Shown piece by piece: positions 23,608-36,359 of a DNA stretch of 64,000 nucleotides; positions within the stretch are counted from its first letter, which is position 1, and the number at the start of each line of letters is the position of its first letter. The DNA is from Azolla caroliniana (Eukaryota > Plantae > Polypodiophyta), in the NCBI GenBank assembly GCA_043228905.1, contig JBHGNT010000002.1, forward strand, positions 22,444,001 to 22,508,000, given 5' to 3'. A program made the translations under genes and the position numbers. Below the pieces are notes generated by a model. It made no database searches. It had not been told where the DNA came from and saw only the letters and a list, made by a program, of their open reading frames with translations.

Positions 23608-26600
23608 TCAATCGATATCCGCATGGACATAATCAATAAATAAGAAGTTTTTCTCTATATCCTTCAAAAGATAAGCCAATGCTGCACTAACTGCCGCACT
23701 GACAGCCAGAATAATACGGATATTCATCTCAGGTGGTATTCCTGCCCCAGCAGCCAATAGCACAGTAGTCCCAATCAAAACCTTCTGTAAATTTTGAAAT
23801 ACTTCATATGCTTTCTTGCATGAAGAACACTTCAAGGTATGTTGCTCGTACCGATCCAGCATCTATGTATAAACACACATAAAGTAACTTAAAATTTGGT
23901 GGAAGAAACATTTGATTTGAAAGTATACGATATAACTTGAACAGGAAGGGAAAAGTAATGCAAGCGAAAAAATGCTGATGGTTGCCTTGGAACGCTCACA
24001 AGAAAGACAAATGGATTGTTCGGTGAGCACTTTCTTTATGCTCTATGCTGGAATATATTGTTGCTTTACATATTTCCAGGAAGTCCTCAACCTTGCACTG
24101 TGTGCTTGACTCATGCGGCCACTATGAGCCCTTGGTTCACGCAGGTGATAGATATGTAATGGGGAATCTATGCACTATAAGAATTACTGTTGGGAAAAGT
24201 GTTTCTTCCAGCTGAATAGTTGAGGTCATGGCCATCATGATTGTAGTGAAACAAAGACACCCATTATCACCGACTTTCTTCGCTTTTTATGTAGATGAGG
24301 TATCTAATCACATAGGGAGATTGGGCGATCTATGCGCATGCATGGTGGAGATAGCATACCAATATTACAATATGCCGATGACATTGTTGGTTAATTATTC
24401 TCGTCATTCATTTTTTACAGTTGACAATTTGTCGGTTGATCGTGATAAAACTGAAGTGATGGTGTTTAACACCACTCAACCATACCTACACATACCTCGG
24501 AGTAACAATCACAAGCCCTCAGTTCTTCCTACATGACGCTCCTTGTGCTCGACTTTCACATGGATATGTAATCCTTGGTGCCCTCTAATAACAATGCACA
24601 CACACATTGTTCCAAGAACTACAAACAAAATTTGTAACACCAGCTTTCATCTATGGGATAAAAAATTTGGAACCACGAAAATAATTTGAGAGATTTGAGA
24701 GAACTTTAGTCTTGTTGATTAGCCACATTATAATGAGGCAAACATTGATACTCAAGATTGGCACTATTGTCACCAAGATAGCTGGCAGAATATGGAGATG
24801 CTCACTGTTAGTATGCTGAAATGTGGATATGATTCCAATCACATTGTCGACCATATAAAGTTCTCCAAAGGAACCCAAAATCGCTCTCATGGAAGTTTGA
24901 TGGTACTCGGATCTCCTTTCTGAGGATTTGTAAATCAGGTGTGCACGGTGATTCAGATGCATCCCCCTCAATATCCAACAACTACTGCTTGAGTTGGATT
25001 GGTTGGAACCTTGCTGACAGGTACTAGCATGGTTTGAGCCATTTCTAGAGAAGAAGTCGCCATTGTTGGAGTACATTGATGGCATTTAGACGCTAGCAAA
25101 CATCACAACTTAGATCAACGCAAACTTAATATTCGGTGGATGCAGCCCCACATTTTGAGCATGCTCAAGTGCCCAACCCTGTTCTTATTGACGGCCCCAC
25201 TCAGACGGAGATTGAGGTGCCACAGTCAAGATCTTTCTCTGAAGGTGAGCAAACCATCTATGTCTATATTCTGGTGTCCTCAACATATCAGTGCATTCTC
25301 CAAATAGACCAAGACATTAGGTAAACCATGTAAGTAAACCTGATTCCAGTTCTTGAGTTAGATTTAGTCTTCCAGTAGGCCTAAAACCCCTACTTGGGCC
25401 AATAGATTTGAAGTTTTGAGCTAAAATTGGAGTCATTTGGTTGGATGGTTTAGGATATGTAAAGTTTATTCCTAATAAGAGGCTCATTTTATCGAATCCT
25501 AGTAGCAAAGTTTTTGCAGCACATATTGAACTCAACACAACTAGGTTCTATAACCTCTTGCCTATGCTCCTTTGAATTCAGGAGACAACCATTGTTTCAT
25601 GGATCAAGAATTTGCCTTCACACATGAATACTGTTTTATGTCCAACTTCTGTAACAGTCATTGACGAATGTCCAATTGTATCGAAAGATGCAGTTGAAGA
25701 GTCTGATCCAGTTGATGTGGTAAGTACAATTTCCTTCATCCTAATTAATAGTTCTGAAAATCTAGTTGTTTTTGGTCCGGCTTGGTTTGAACATCATAAT
25801 CCAGAGATTGATTGGAACACCCGAGTAATTAAAGAATCTAAGAAAAATAGTGCACCCAAATCCCTCATTCCTACATGACCAAATTCTAGATCCCATAGAA
25901 TTTTGATCGTTTCTCTACACGTGTTACATAAAGAGGGACAGGGAGAGAACATGCTTATGTTTACTATGCTAGCAACTCCATTTTCCAATGCACAGATATC
26001 AAAGGTTCAGCTTCCAACAAAGTACCATCAGTTTCACAGATGTTTTGAACAAGGTGCCACATACTTCCAGAACATCAGCCTTGTGATTGTCCTATAGATC
26101 TGCAGCCTATTATGTTTAGACATTTATTTTGGTTTCTTAATCTCAAAGACGAGAAAATATATTGAGATGTTATATCTTGGATATACTTAGACTTTTTGCT
26201 TTTCCCCTTTCTTTCCATCTTATTTTTTCATTTCTTCATTCAAGGCATGTTCTATATTAGATTTTACATGATTGAAAACTTGAATGATCATTTATCTTAG
26301 TGCATTATCTTTCCTTTGATTCTCATCTGATTCCACTTGCCTTTTGCAATCTCGTGTGCCCTTTGTTTATCTGACAAGGAGAAGAAGTTTTTAGGTTGAA
26401 AATGGTAAAAAAACTCGAAGGGGTCTTGACTTTATCTCAAAGAGAAATCTCAAGTTCTTCCACAGAACAAACCTTTGTTTGAAATGTAGAATATTCTCAA
26501 AAAAAGGAAATGGAATAGAAGTCTAAGTGACTTGGAAGTATATTTCTTCACAATTTTAATGCTTTTAAAGAGAATATATTTTTAAGTTTTTATCTTGAAA

Positions 26601-29600
26601 ATGGAAGATAAGTTAAAATGCAAAAGTTGAAGAAAGAAAAACTTAAAAGGAAAATGAAAGAGCAATTAAACCTGTCTCCTGGACAAGACTGTAGAAGGAA
26701 GTTGTCCAAGAGAGGTTCCTGGAGCCCAATCAGGCTGACCGCCTCCATGACGACGAAGCCAACTACGGAAGGCAAGAACTAATCGGTCCGCTTGAGTGGG
26801 TGTAAATGTAAGATTAGAATATTGTCTGTTTATTTCTGCAGCATCACTTGTCTCTCCAGACAAGGTCTTCTCTTGCCCTTGGAGGACAATCATATCTCCA
26901 TCATAGACCTTATTCGAAGTCCAATGCTCATGCCAACGTGGTACCAGCTGCACATTCAAAGTAAATATACATTTATTTTCAAAGCATTTGCCATCAATAG
27001 TGTAAATAGAAAAATATCAATAAGAAAGCTGGTTTAATTTTCCTTGTAAAATGTATGAATAGTGTACTGTAAGCACCTGCCACCATGCTGGACCAGGCAT
27101 TAAGAAACGGAAGAAGTTCCGTGCACTACAAACAATAGAGCGTGTTTTCCCTGGAGCTAAGGGGACATTAAACGAGCAAATCCAGACTTCCCATGTCGTA
27201 TTTCCAAAGAATGCATTGTTTACAGGTATTTCAATCCTGTCGTCAATAAGTAAAAGCAATTATAAAAAAGGAGAGACAGAATTCACAGAACACTGGAAGG
27301 ATTCAAAATCTCTCCGTAAAATAAAACACAGAATAACAGGGCCACACTAGAAAATAAATTATGCTAGGAACTCTATACAAAGCTAAATATCAAGAAAGCT
27401 GCAACTGCTGAAAAAAAATACAAGATGGCCAAATACGATGTCTGAGAGTAAAACGAAAAAGGGAAAACCTATTGAGTTGCCTGATTCCAAGAAGCTGACA
27501 AAGAACTTGTCCTAAATCTACTTCTTGTGTTAGGGAGAGGGTTTCCTTCCAATATCCTTGTCAAAGCAATGTTTTTCCAGGGTGTGTGAAAGTGAATATA
27601 TTTATCATCTATTATACAAACAATTGTACCAGGGGATCTTTCTTATTAGTTGATTATATATCATTATGGAGAGCCATATAATATTCAAGTGTCAAAACAA
27701 CAAGGTTGACATCCCATTGTCTTGGTTCAAATCTTCACACTAACCGACACCTCTTTTCTATGCCACGCTGCATTTTTTTGTAACTAACAAGGCATATTAG
27801 CATGATGAACTAATGATATCACAATCAGCACAAGTTAAACACAACCGGCTCAAAATATGTCCTCCAATCCACATATGATGTGTAAACAAGGAGCACAGAG
27901 TCTACTCAAGCTCAGTGACCTGCATGGATAGATAATTGACTCGGTGTCACAAACCTATAATTTTTCTTGTAAATTAACACACTAGTATCCAATCAAATGA
28001 AAGATTTCCAAGATGATACTGATATTAGAAGGACAGCATTACGGTCTTTTCAAACAGAAAAAAAATAAGGACCTCTATACAGAAACATACACCTGCAAAT
28101 ACAATACTTTACATAAGATCAGCATTAAGGAATAACTAGGAAATGTAAAGAAAGTTTAATTCCTTCTTTTCCTATCCATGCTTACTTGTTAATGACATAA
28201 CACGGAGCAAGAAACTCTGCACTGATTTTTGGTGTGTCTGAATTTGAACCTGCATATCCCCATACACCAGATGACTCTAGTTTGAATGGTAAAGGTTTGG
28301 CTCTATCTCTTCGACCAGTCACCTGCAAAATCAGGTTAAAACAGATTCAGAAAATAACATGTGAAGGCATAAATTTCTCAGGTAAACAGACTTTGCAAAT
28401 TGTTCCGTACAGAAAAGAAAATTCCACAAGGTACATCATTGAATGAAAGATAGAACAAAGTAATAATTCACTAAGATTTATTACATTCACCAAACACAAT
28501 GTCAAGATCCAACATTATTTGTTGCCAGCATTAATTTTCGCTTAATTTGATGATATCACTGAGATCACCTTTGTCAAGATTCAAGTCATCAACTAGCTCT
28601 AAACATAATTAATAAATTCACCTTTATCAATGTATCAAAGAGCAGGCAACTGAAGAACACAACGGGGAGAAGTCACTGTAAGAAAATAAAATTGCATGAC
28701 GGTGAGAAATCTAATTCTAAAGTAGTTCTCAAAGCTACAAAGTTCTTGCTACGAAAGGTACATGTGTCCCATAATCAAAAGATTTGAGCATAGCTGGAGG
28801 CTCTACAGGATGGACAATAGAGATCATCATTACATCCACGGTTAAAATGATCGAGTTCTTGGCGTATATATATATATATATATATATTGCTTTGCGCTTG
28901 CTGGTGTACAAGCAAAAATCCCAGCCAAAGTGGATTCCCAACTCACTTTGCGATGGACGTCTCCGACTTCAACAAAGACCATAATTCCAATGTGCAAAGC
29001 CATCATTATGAATCAGAGACAGCCTTGTCATCCCATCAAAGTCTCCATATTGAATCACCCCATGATGAATATTTTCTGAGGGCAGCAATTTCAGTTTCAG
29101 TGATCAGGCACCAACGCTTATTTAGGTATTCATGATTACATTTCAAGACCTTTATTTATAGGAAGCTAGACTACAATTTTATTTTTTTTGTTATTTGCAT
29201 ATATGAGTTAAAAATAAACAATTGTAATATTTGTCACATCTCATATGCCATTGGTGCCCTTATTGTTAGTTATTCATTATTACCTTTCAAGAAATTTAAT
29301 TATAGGAAGCTAGAGTTCAAAGACCCTTCTCTGTTACTCATTTTGAGCGAGATAAAATAAACAGTTGTGATGGTTAGCAGGTTTCGTAAGCCTAAATCTT
29401 CCTTCTCTCCTTCTCTATCGAGGAGCTCGCAGCGTTTTGTGCTACACATATGTTGCTGATATTGTCTTCAAATTTTGGTCATAGTAAGGTACGAGCTAAG
29501 ATAGCAATATTAAGCTCACGTTCTAACATGGCCATAAAATACTCCCATAAATATACAATTGTTAAGCTCAATCAGCTCATTATCAGACATATACACCTCA

Positions 29601-31015
29601 AAATGTATGAATTCAAGTTTCAGTATTTACCTTATGGTGGGCGAAATTGATATGAGAAGGGTCTGAAACATTCTCCATCAAAGTATCATAACCATAAAAT
29701 AAATCTCTTTGAATTGTCACAGTTGAGTAATTTTTGTGATCATCGAAGACAGAAGGCAGCCTGCCATAATTGCCAAGAAGAAAAGGGATTTAGCTTTATT
29801 ATGATGATGACAGGATCAAGGATAATATTTCCATAAAAATATATACTTTGGAGGTTCTGTTTGGTAAGCTTTCTCCCATCCCTTTGCATCAGGCCACACA
29901 AAAAGCATCCCCTGGGACACTAGTGTGGGAAAGGATTGAACACATGCCCGCGGTGAGAAGACCGCTCGTGCTTCTGGACCTTCTGAAGAAGCTTGAGGAA
30001 TGGTACCGCATGTTCCATCAGACTTGAATGACCAACCATGGTAAGAGCATTGTAACCATCCCATTTCATCTATTCTTCCTTCCTAAACAAAACAATAATC
30101 CAGAGGTTTACATCAGTAGAAGCATACATTGGTATATAACTCAACTGCAATTTGAACTGATTAATGACACGAGGCTAACATATTGTTATCAACAAACAAG
30201 GGTATGATTAGTGACAATTTCTTTAGCAGGTTAACAATTCTACTTTCCTGATTCAATCATTTTTCTATTTACCATTCTCATATGCAGTTCTTCCACGGTA
30301 TCATCTGCTGGAAAAATATTACTTTCTGACCACCTTTCATCACATATTTAGACTGTCAATACAGTCATCTTCTCAGTCCTATCCTTTCACCAAATTATTC
30401 ATACAACCACACTCCCTTGTTTCACAAATCTTCTCCGTGATCTCCATTAGACCTCCATAACTAGCGCGATCACACATATGGCATCCAACATACGCATACA
30501 CATGTACGTACAAATACATGTACATATATTATTCTTACAAATAATCAAGGACTGAGAAATTTATTGAGAAGAAAATTTACACTGAGAGGCGCAAGCCTAT
30601 GAGGGCATTTGTCAAGGAAAGCTTTCCATTCTCCTTCTTGATCCTTCCATAGAACGATTTCTATTCCGAGGAGCTGAAATGGTGTAGGTGTTCGAGTTTC
30701 CATGTCTTCAATGAGAGAGACAGGGTACCAATGATCCTTCCATACGAACTTCTCACCATCTTCTTCCTCTCCTTCTCTAGTGATGGAGTCCAAATTGCTC
30801 ACAATTGCGCTCTTTACTTCAGCCGCTGACTCTCCTATAGACTGAGAAGAAGCTACTACTTTGGCAGTACAGGTCCGACGCTTCCTTTGTAGCCCAGGGT
30901 ATTGTTTTCTTCTGTTTCTGGTGAGGTTGTGGCACTGTGGGATGGAGCACTGTGTGAGAGAAGGTGTGAGAGACTCGGGGAATGAGGGGGGATGGAGTAA
31001 GCATCGAGATTCCAT
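23608..31015 (-). CDS. PAO: Pheophorbide a oxygenase (Rieske oxygenase, chlorophyll catabolism)
   Basis: Seven exons: 31015-30581, 30082-29847, 29760-29631, 28322-28186, 27236-27077, 26947-26672, 23862-23608, all GT-AG and in frame. Motifs: WKDHWYPVSL, Rieske CPHRLAPLSEG...CSYHGW, ENVSDPSHINFAHHK, WICSFNVPLAPGKTRSIVCSARNFF, HWTSNKVYDGD, TPTQAD, CSSC, DYVHADID. Transit-peptide-like N-terminus. Confidence 0.97.
24200..24640 (+). mobile_element. Non-LTR (LINE) RT remnant in PAO intron 6
   Basis: VKQRHPLSPTFFAFYVDE (GVKQGCPLSPxLF-like), frameshifted LQYADDIV and KTEVMVFN are RT motifs. Confidence 0.75.
25612..26108 (+). mobile_element. Ty3/gypsy (Tf2-like) protease-RT linker remnant in PAO intron 6
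   Basis: VVFGPAWFEHHNPEIDW resembles LGxPWLxxHNPxIDW. It is followed by LPTKYHQF and frameshifted LPEHQPCDCPIDLQP. Confidence 0.7.
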
Positions 31016-31086
31016 GGTGGTGGGCGATGGGGGAGATCAAGTACCTCGATGGATTATACAGAGGAGGAAGGAAATGCGAGAGAAGA

Positions 31087-31136
31087 CACGTGATATACAC
31101 TGTACACATATATACGTATACGTATACGTATACGTA
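31087..31136. promoter_or_regulatory. G-box/ABRE plus (TACGTA)4 A-box array upstream of PAO
   Basis: CACGTG at 31087-31092 (reads ACACGTGTC-like on the minus strand). TACGTA occurs four times at 31113-31136. Confidence 0.5.
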
Positions 31137-33229
31137 TGTATGCATGTATGTGTGTTTATCATGTATGTATGCATGTATGCATGGATGGATGTATCGATGG
31201 AGAGGAGAGGAGAGAGAGATTCTTTTGTCCGGTGGAATTGGAACATAGTAGGCATCGATTTATTTCATGCCCGATGGCAATGATGGTTTTAGAGGTGTAT
31301 TAGTTTAGTGTGGATGTCTCTAAGAGGAGTAAGTCTATCTTCCTTCAGTTAGGTTTTTGCACATATGGAGAACAATGAACCGATGCCTCCGTTTCAAATT
31401 ATTTTTGGGTTCTTGAGGTATTGGGGGCTATGGTTCAATTGGAATATGCGGAATGCCTTCATTTTTTATTCGCAAGTTGGGGTGAGAAAACATGTTCTAA
31501 AGTTAAAAGGACTTCTTTTGTGGCGATTGACAGTGCTAGAGAAGTCACGAAATCTCAACCATAAAGAGAGAGAACTTTGCAAGGTCACATATCATCGTAC
31601 TCGCCATTTGAATTGGTGTGCAGGGTGGCATTGAGTTTGGTGTCGTTGTATTCTTTAGATCCCTGGATAGATAGAAGGGTTCTATACATTGTAGTAAGTT
31701 AGTCATGGTGGTGTTTTTTCCTTTCGTAATGAAAGCTATTATTTACGAAAAGTGAGAGAGAGAGAGTGTGTGTGTGTGTGTGTGTGTGTGTGGTTAGTGG
31801 ATGACCATACTTCATGGTCACACCCATTGTAGGTAGTGTCGATTGTTTCTGGCAACTCCACTATATCTCGATCCATCGAGTATTATCGAATTAGGTTATG
31901 TCATAACCCATCTCTCTCACTTACCCTTCCACACCTCCTCTCCCACAAGCTTTCAGGATACCATCGGGCCTTCCCTATCCTCAAGATCCTCCCGAGAGAG
32001 AGAGAGAGATGTATATTAACATCTTCTAAGAGCAGATTTGGCCCACACGACAATTGATTATAGTAATGGGATATGCACCCAATCATTGAAAATAAAAGAT
32101 AAAGAACATAACAAAAAGAGTTATGTCGTGGTACGAAAAGAAAATGTTATGGGGTGTGACATGTTCTATAAAAGAAAAGGCAAGGGGGCTATTCACAAAT
32201 CATAGCTTCATGATCCCATCGTGCTTTTCGTCAATGTTGTGTTTTCCTAAGTCACCGACGTGGTTTCTCCTCTTATTTTCGGTTCGCTCGTTTTGAGCCT
32301 CTCCATCTCGAAGTTCAATGTTTGTCCATTCATTGGTTTCATCAATTTTTTACAGCTCATTGTTTGTTCTTACAAATATTTTATATGCTCCTATAATGTT
32401 CATTCACCTTTGAGCTTTCACCTTCCCACATATATCTTGATGTAATTTGGTTTCCTGCCCTTTTTTCATTTCTCTCTTTCCTAACTTTTGGTCCAACACT
32501 ATTTTTTTTGAGGCAATCCCCTCAAATTAGTTGAGAAACGTGCATGCATCACCCAAGTTGGTATGGCGCCATGTATGTCATTGAGGAATGTGTATTGTTA
32601 CTCTTAACCCCCTAGGACCCACTTATACTCGTCAATATAGCTGCGTTGGGATTTCTACTTGGGGTTGTCGTTACGAATAGGCTTGTTTGACTTGGTTTGG
32701 GGCCTTCAACATCATTGAGAAACATAATTTATTTATGACCCTCGTAATTTAACATACACTCATCATGTAACGTTGCCACTATACACATTGGTATCCAATT
32801 GGATTCTTGCTATTACATTAACCTTGTCAATTTGAATCCACGGGAGCAAATAACACAAACATATTCATCAAAGAGTTAACATTGGACGGACTTATAAAAG
32901 TTCATAAGCAAGCAATGTATACACCATACACGTGTAAGATAAGAAACCAATTAACTTGAACAAACAACTTTTAAGCAATTCAATTTGGATGTGGCATGCA
33001 ATGGGCAACTCAAGACATTGTTTTTGTTCCCTTATTTGAGTTGTGATAGGTGTATAGAGTGAACAAGTGTAAGAATAAAGAAGTTCAATTTTGTTACTTT
33101 TATTATTATTTTTAGAACCATCAAGCATAGGGGGGGGGGGGGGGGGGGGGTTTAATACTACAAGGCACACACACATATTTACATATGATCTCATTGTTAA
33201 TTTGGGCAACCTCAATCTTAAGTTGGGTG

Positions 33230-33435
33230 ACCTTTAAACTTGAATATGATTGTCCTAAAATTCATCAACATATGAAGAATATCGTCCAAAAACTCTCGAA
33301 CATATGTTACAATCATACACACAAATTACCATATACACCTTTAAACATTGAATATGATTGTCCAAAAACTATCCAACATGTGTTATGATCATACTCACAA
33401 ATTATCATATACACCTTTAAACATCGAATATGATC
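33230..33435. repeat. Imperfect tandem repeat (three partial copies)
   Basis: cctttaaac(a)t(t/c)gaatatgat occurs at about 33231, 33338 and 33414, with shared atcatac.cacaaatta.catataca spacers. Confidence 0.8.
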
Positions 33436-33649
33436 GGCAAGATAAAAAAAGAAAGATATTTCATTAATGAGGGAATCCGATATACAATATATGGCGGGCA
33501 ACCAATATACAAAATGATTCTGGCAAATGTACAAGGTATGGGCAATGTCTAAAATATAAAATGTTATACAATATACAACGTTCGGTATATATTGCATCGA
33601 TCATACAAAATTTACAAAATCCTAGTTGATCACGAATATGGAAATCTCC

Positions 33650-34690
33650 TGCAATATTGATCTGAAGGCGTTGCATGTCTTTGTGTCCGAACCATTTCTC
33701 TGTGCCCTGGAACCAAATACGTATAAGAGCCAAGATCTGTAAAGCCGAATGTAGAGTAAGATGAAAAAAAGGACCTCTTAGATATTCACTAATAGCTAAG
33801 TAAGCAACCTTATGCATACCATTTTCCTGAGTTTCAAACTCAACTTCATCTTGTTGGAGTTTATTTAAGTCCTTTATAAACGGCACTAGAAAAGAAAGCA
33901 TATACTTGAGGACGTCAATCTTTTCAGTTTGACTGATTTCAACAACATTCTATCAAAACAAAGATAAAATATATTACAAGAGGATGCATCCAATATATAT
34001 AGTAGATGTATGAATACCTTCAAATGGAAAGAAAATGTTTTACTTCTTCAAGACTTAAACTCTTAGGTATATGCATACAAAGGCACATCTTGCAGTTGCA
34101 GTTTCTTCTGTAAACTGGGCAAGCTTCTTCAATATCCTCATAACTCATTGTGGGATACCTTTAAATAATGACGAAGAAGACAAAAGCAACATCATATCAT
34201 GTTCATTTCGTAGATGCTACAAGAAAGGACTAAAACAATGTGACTAACAAGTTTCAATTTAACATATAACCTTTCTTCTAAATGAAAAACAATATTTCCA
34301 ATAAGGAGTTGATAAAGAGAAAGAAACAACGGATCAATTAGGTTTCTTATTTCACACTTACCATTTAGCAATGCATGTTGACTCTCCCCTTGTCGTTCCT
34401 CTTGCATTGATGGCACATATGCTTCTTGCAACCCTTCCTTTCTTCTTTACCGCCTCTTCGTTGAAAGGTATTTCCTATTACACAGATAACGAAGTCGTTG
34501 TTTTCCTATAGTACCTTATTCATCTTCGTTCTGTCCTTCGATGTATAGTAGTAGTTGTTGCTACAGTGTCTTCCTCAACTTTTTCGCATTTTCTTTTGAC
34601 GTCTTTCTTTTCTTCTCATCATCATGTCTCACATTTTCCTTTGGATTTGTTGTTGGAGTTTTCCCTTCTTGTTTATGAACAACACCTGCA
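33650..34690 (-). pseudogene. Fragment of a KDM3/JMJ24-29-type gene (zf-4CXXC_R1 region), without JmjC domain
   Basis: The minus strand reads KKHMCHQCKRNDKGRV (about 34425-34380), YPTMSYEDIEEACPVYRRNCNCKMCL (about 34160-34080) and MLSFLVPFIKDLNKLQQDEVEFE. These match, in order, the CHQCQRNDKGRV...YP...CPxCRxNCNCKxCL...LLPxLKxxxxEQ signature of plant KDM3 proteins. Stops and frameshifts are present. Confidence 0.65.
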
Positions 34691-34974
34691 CCACAATAAG
34701 AGAAAACTTGCTCTATATTTCAAAAAGCAAAGTTTAGCAAGGCTTTCAGAATCACTTTTTGGCCATTACCATTTCTAATGTTCCCAGAAATCTGGGATTG
34801 AGATAAAACACAAATATGGTTCTTTGCTTCATTAACATTAATATGTTCTTCTTGCTTCATAGCATCAAAAGGACATGAATGAGGAGCAGGAACAAATTTT
34901 GTCCACTTAGTTGGCACTGACTTCTACATATTCCTAGCATATATATCCTATCCATCTCTCGGCTTTCTCCCTTT

Positions 34975-35350
34975 AATATTAGAGACATGAACTAATGTAA
35001 GCATTAGATAAGGATAGAATATAGATAAATAGATAGAAAGGAGAGAGAGAAAGAAGGGTGTCGATCCACCCGACCACCCCCGAGCGAAGGGATCGAGACA
35101 GACTCGAGCCTCGATTGGCGTCCCATACCACCGCCGTGGCGTCGAGTCGTACCTGGTGCTGGCGCGCTCGCTACAAGAGTTGACCCACCACAAGACAGAG
35201 TCTCGACGTAGTCAACCCGCTAATCAAATGAGGGTAGTAAGGCCTCTTATTTATAGCGATACCCAAGGCCCCCAGGCAAGTTCACACTTGGCCTAATGGG
35301 TTGTCTGAATCCCTAGGATTAAATGTAATCCTCCCCTTCTTTACACATCA
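34975..35350 (-). mobile_element. Possible solo LTR
   Basis: The minus strand starts TGATGT and has CTATAAATA, a CpG-rich core and a CT-rich tail. No convincing CA end or TSD. Confidence 0.35.
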
Positions 35351-35573
35351 AATCAAATCAGAGAGAGAAGCTTAGCGGAAAACCTTATCCAGGCTTTTAT
35401 GTTATTGATGTTTCTTATTGTTGCGGTTGTTTTACTGCTTCTACTGGAGGCGAAGAAGGTGATGATGGCGATGGCGGCTGATTTTGTTTTCCCGCCACAA
35501 AATACATGAAGAGTCTCGTTTAGAAAGTGTGATAGTAGTATAATAGGTTTTAGGGGTTTTATACATGTTGAAT

Positions 35574-35735
35574 CGGTTGGGGCCTGGGCGACCACATTTG
35601 GTTGGACGACTGAGTGAGTGATGGTTGGGCGACCACACGTCGGTTAGGAGACCACATTTGCTTATGGTGACCATATTCGGTTGGGTGACTAAGCTGGTGA
35701 TAGTTGGGCGACCAAGGTGTTAGAGTTGAGCGACT
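35574..35735. repeat. Array of about 8 GTTGGGCGACC-like motifs
   Basis: Variants ctgggcgacc, gttggacgac, gttgggcgacc, gttaggagacc, gttgggtgac, gttgggcgacc and gttgagcgac are spaced about 17-25 bp apart. Confidence 0.75.
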
Positions 35736-36241
35736 ACTGACAACTTTTTTTATTTGCACGCTTAATTTTTTTTTCCAAACGGGACGTTGTAGATTGATCA
35801 TATGCGCGGCCATAGATGGTACCTTAGTTGAGCGTCCTGCTCCATCCGTGGCCGCCATTCCCTTGCTAGGCTTATATTATGATTTAGGTGCAAATAGACA
35901 TGTCGATTCGAAAGATTTCACATAGAGAACAATAGAATACCATACCATGGTCCATATCATACAAATTTACAATACAATACAATGAGATGCAATTCAAAAC
36001 AATCGCAATACCGTATATTACAATACCACAATGTATAATTGAGCACAATACACTAGAGGAGGATATTTATATGCAATACAATCAGAATAGCATAATATCA
36101 TACATAGAGCACAATGCACTACCTTTGCGCGAGGGGCAATTTCTACAGGAAATAACAGAAAGTTTTGGAAGTGTAGGGGTACACCGGTGAAAATAAAGGA
36201 AAACTCAGAGAAACGTACTAAATACCATCTCTCTCACTCAC

Positions 36242-36280
<39 letters not shown>

Positions 36281-36288
36281 TTTCCCGC
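36281..36288 (+). promoter_or_regulatory. Canonical E2F site TTTCCCGC in the MSH6 5' region
   Basis: Exact consensus 79 bp upstream of the ATG, with a second copy at 35488-35495. MMR and replication genes are established E2F targets. Confidence 0.65.
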
Positions 36289-36359
36289 CATAGCTCTCGT
36301 TCTGCAGAGAAGAGAGAGAGAGAGACACACACACACACTCACGCGCGCGCGCAGGCGCC

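Noticed and set aside
28735-29135. LINE zinc-finger-like remnant (CPSC...C) in PAO intron 3
   Set aside because: Too degenerate and interrupted to call by eye.
30819-31283. Overlapping ORFs around the PAO start
   Set aside because: They are products of the TACGTA/TATG microsatellites and of alternative frames or the antisense strand of PAO exon 1.
35574-35735. CRISPR-like repeat-spacer array
   Set aside because: The repeats are about 11 bp and degenerate, the spacers are too short and irregular, there are no cas genes, and the context is eukaryotic.
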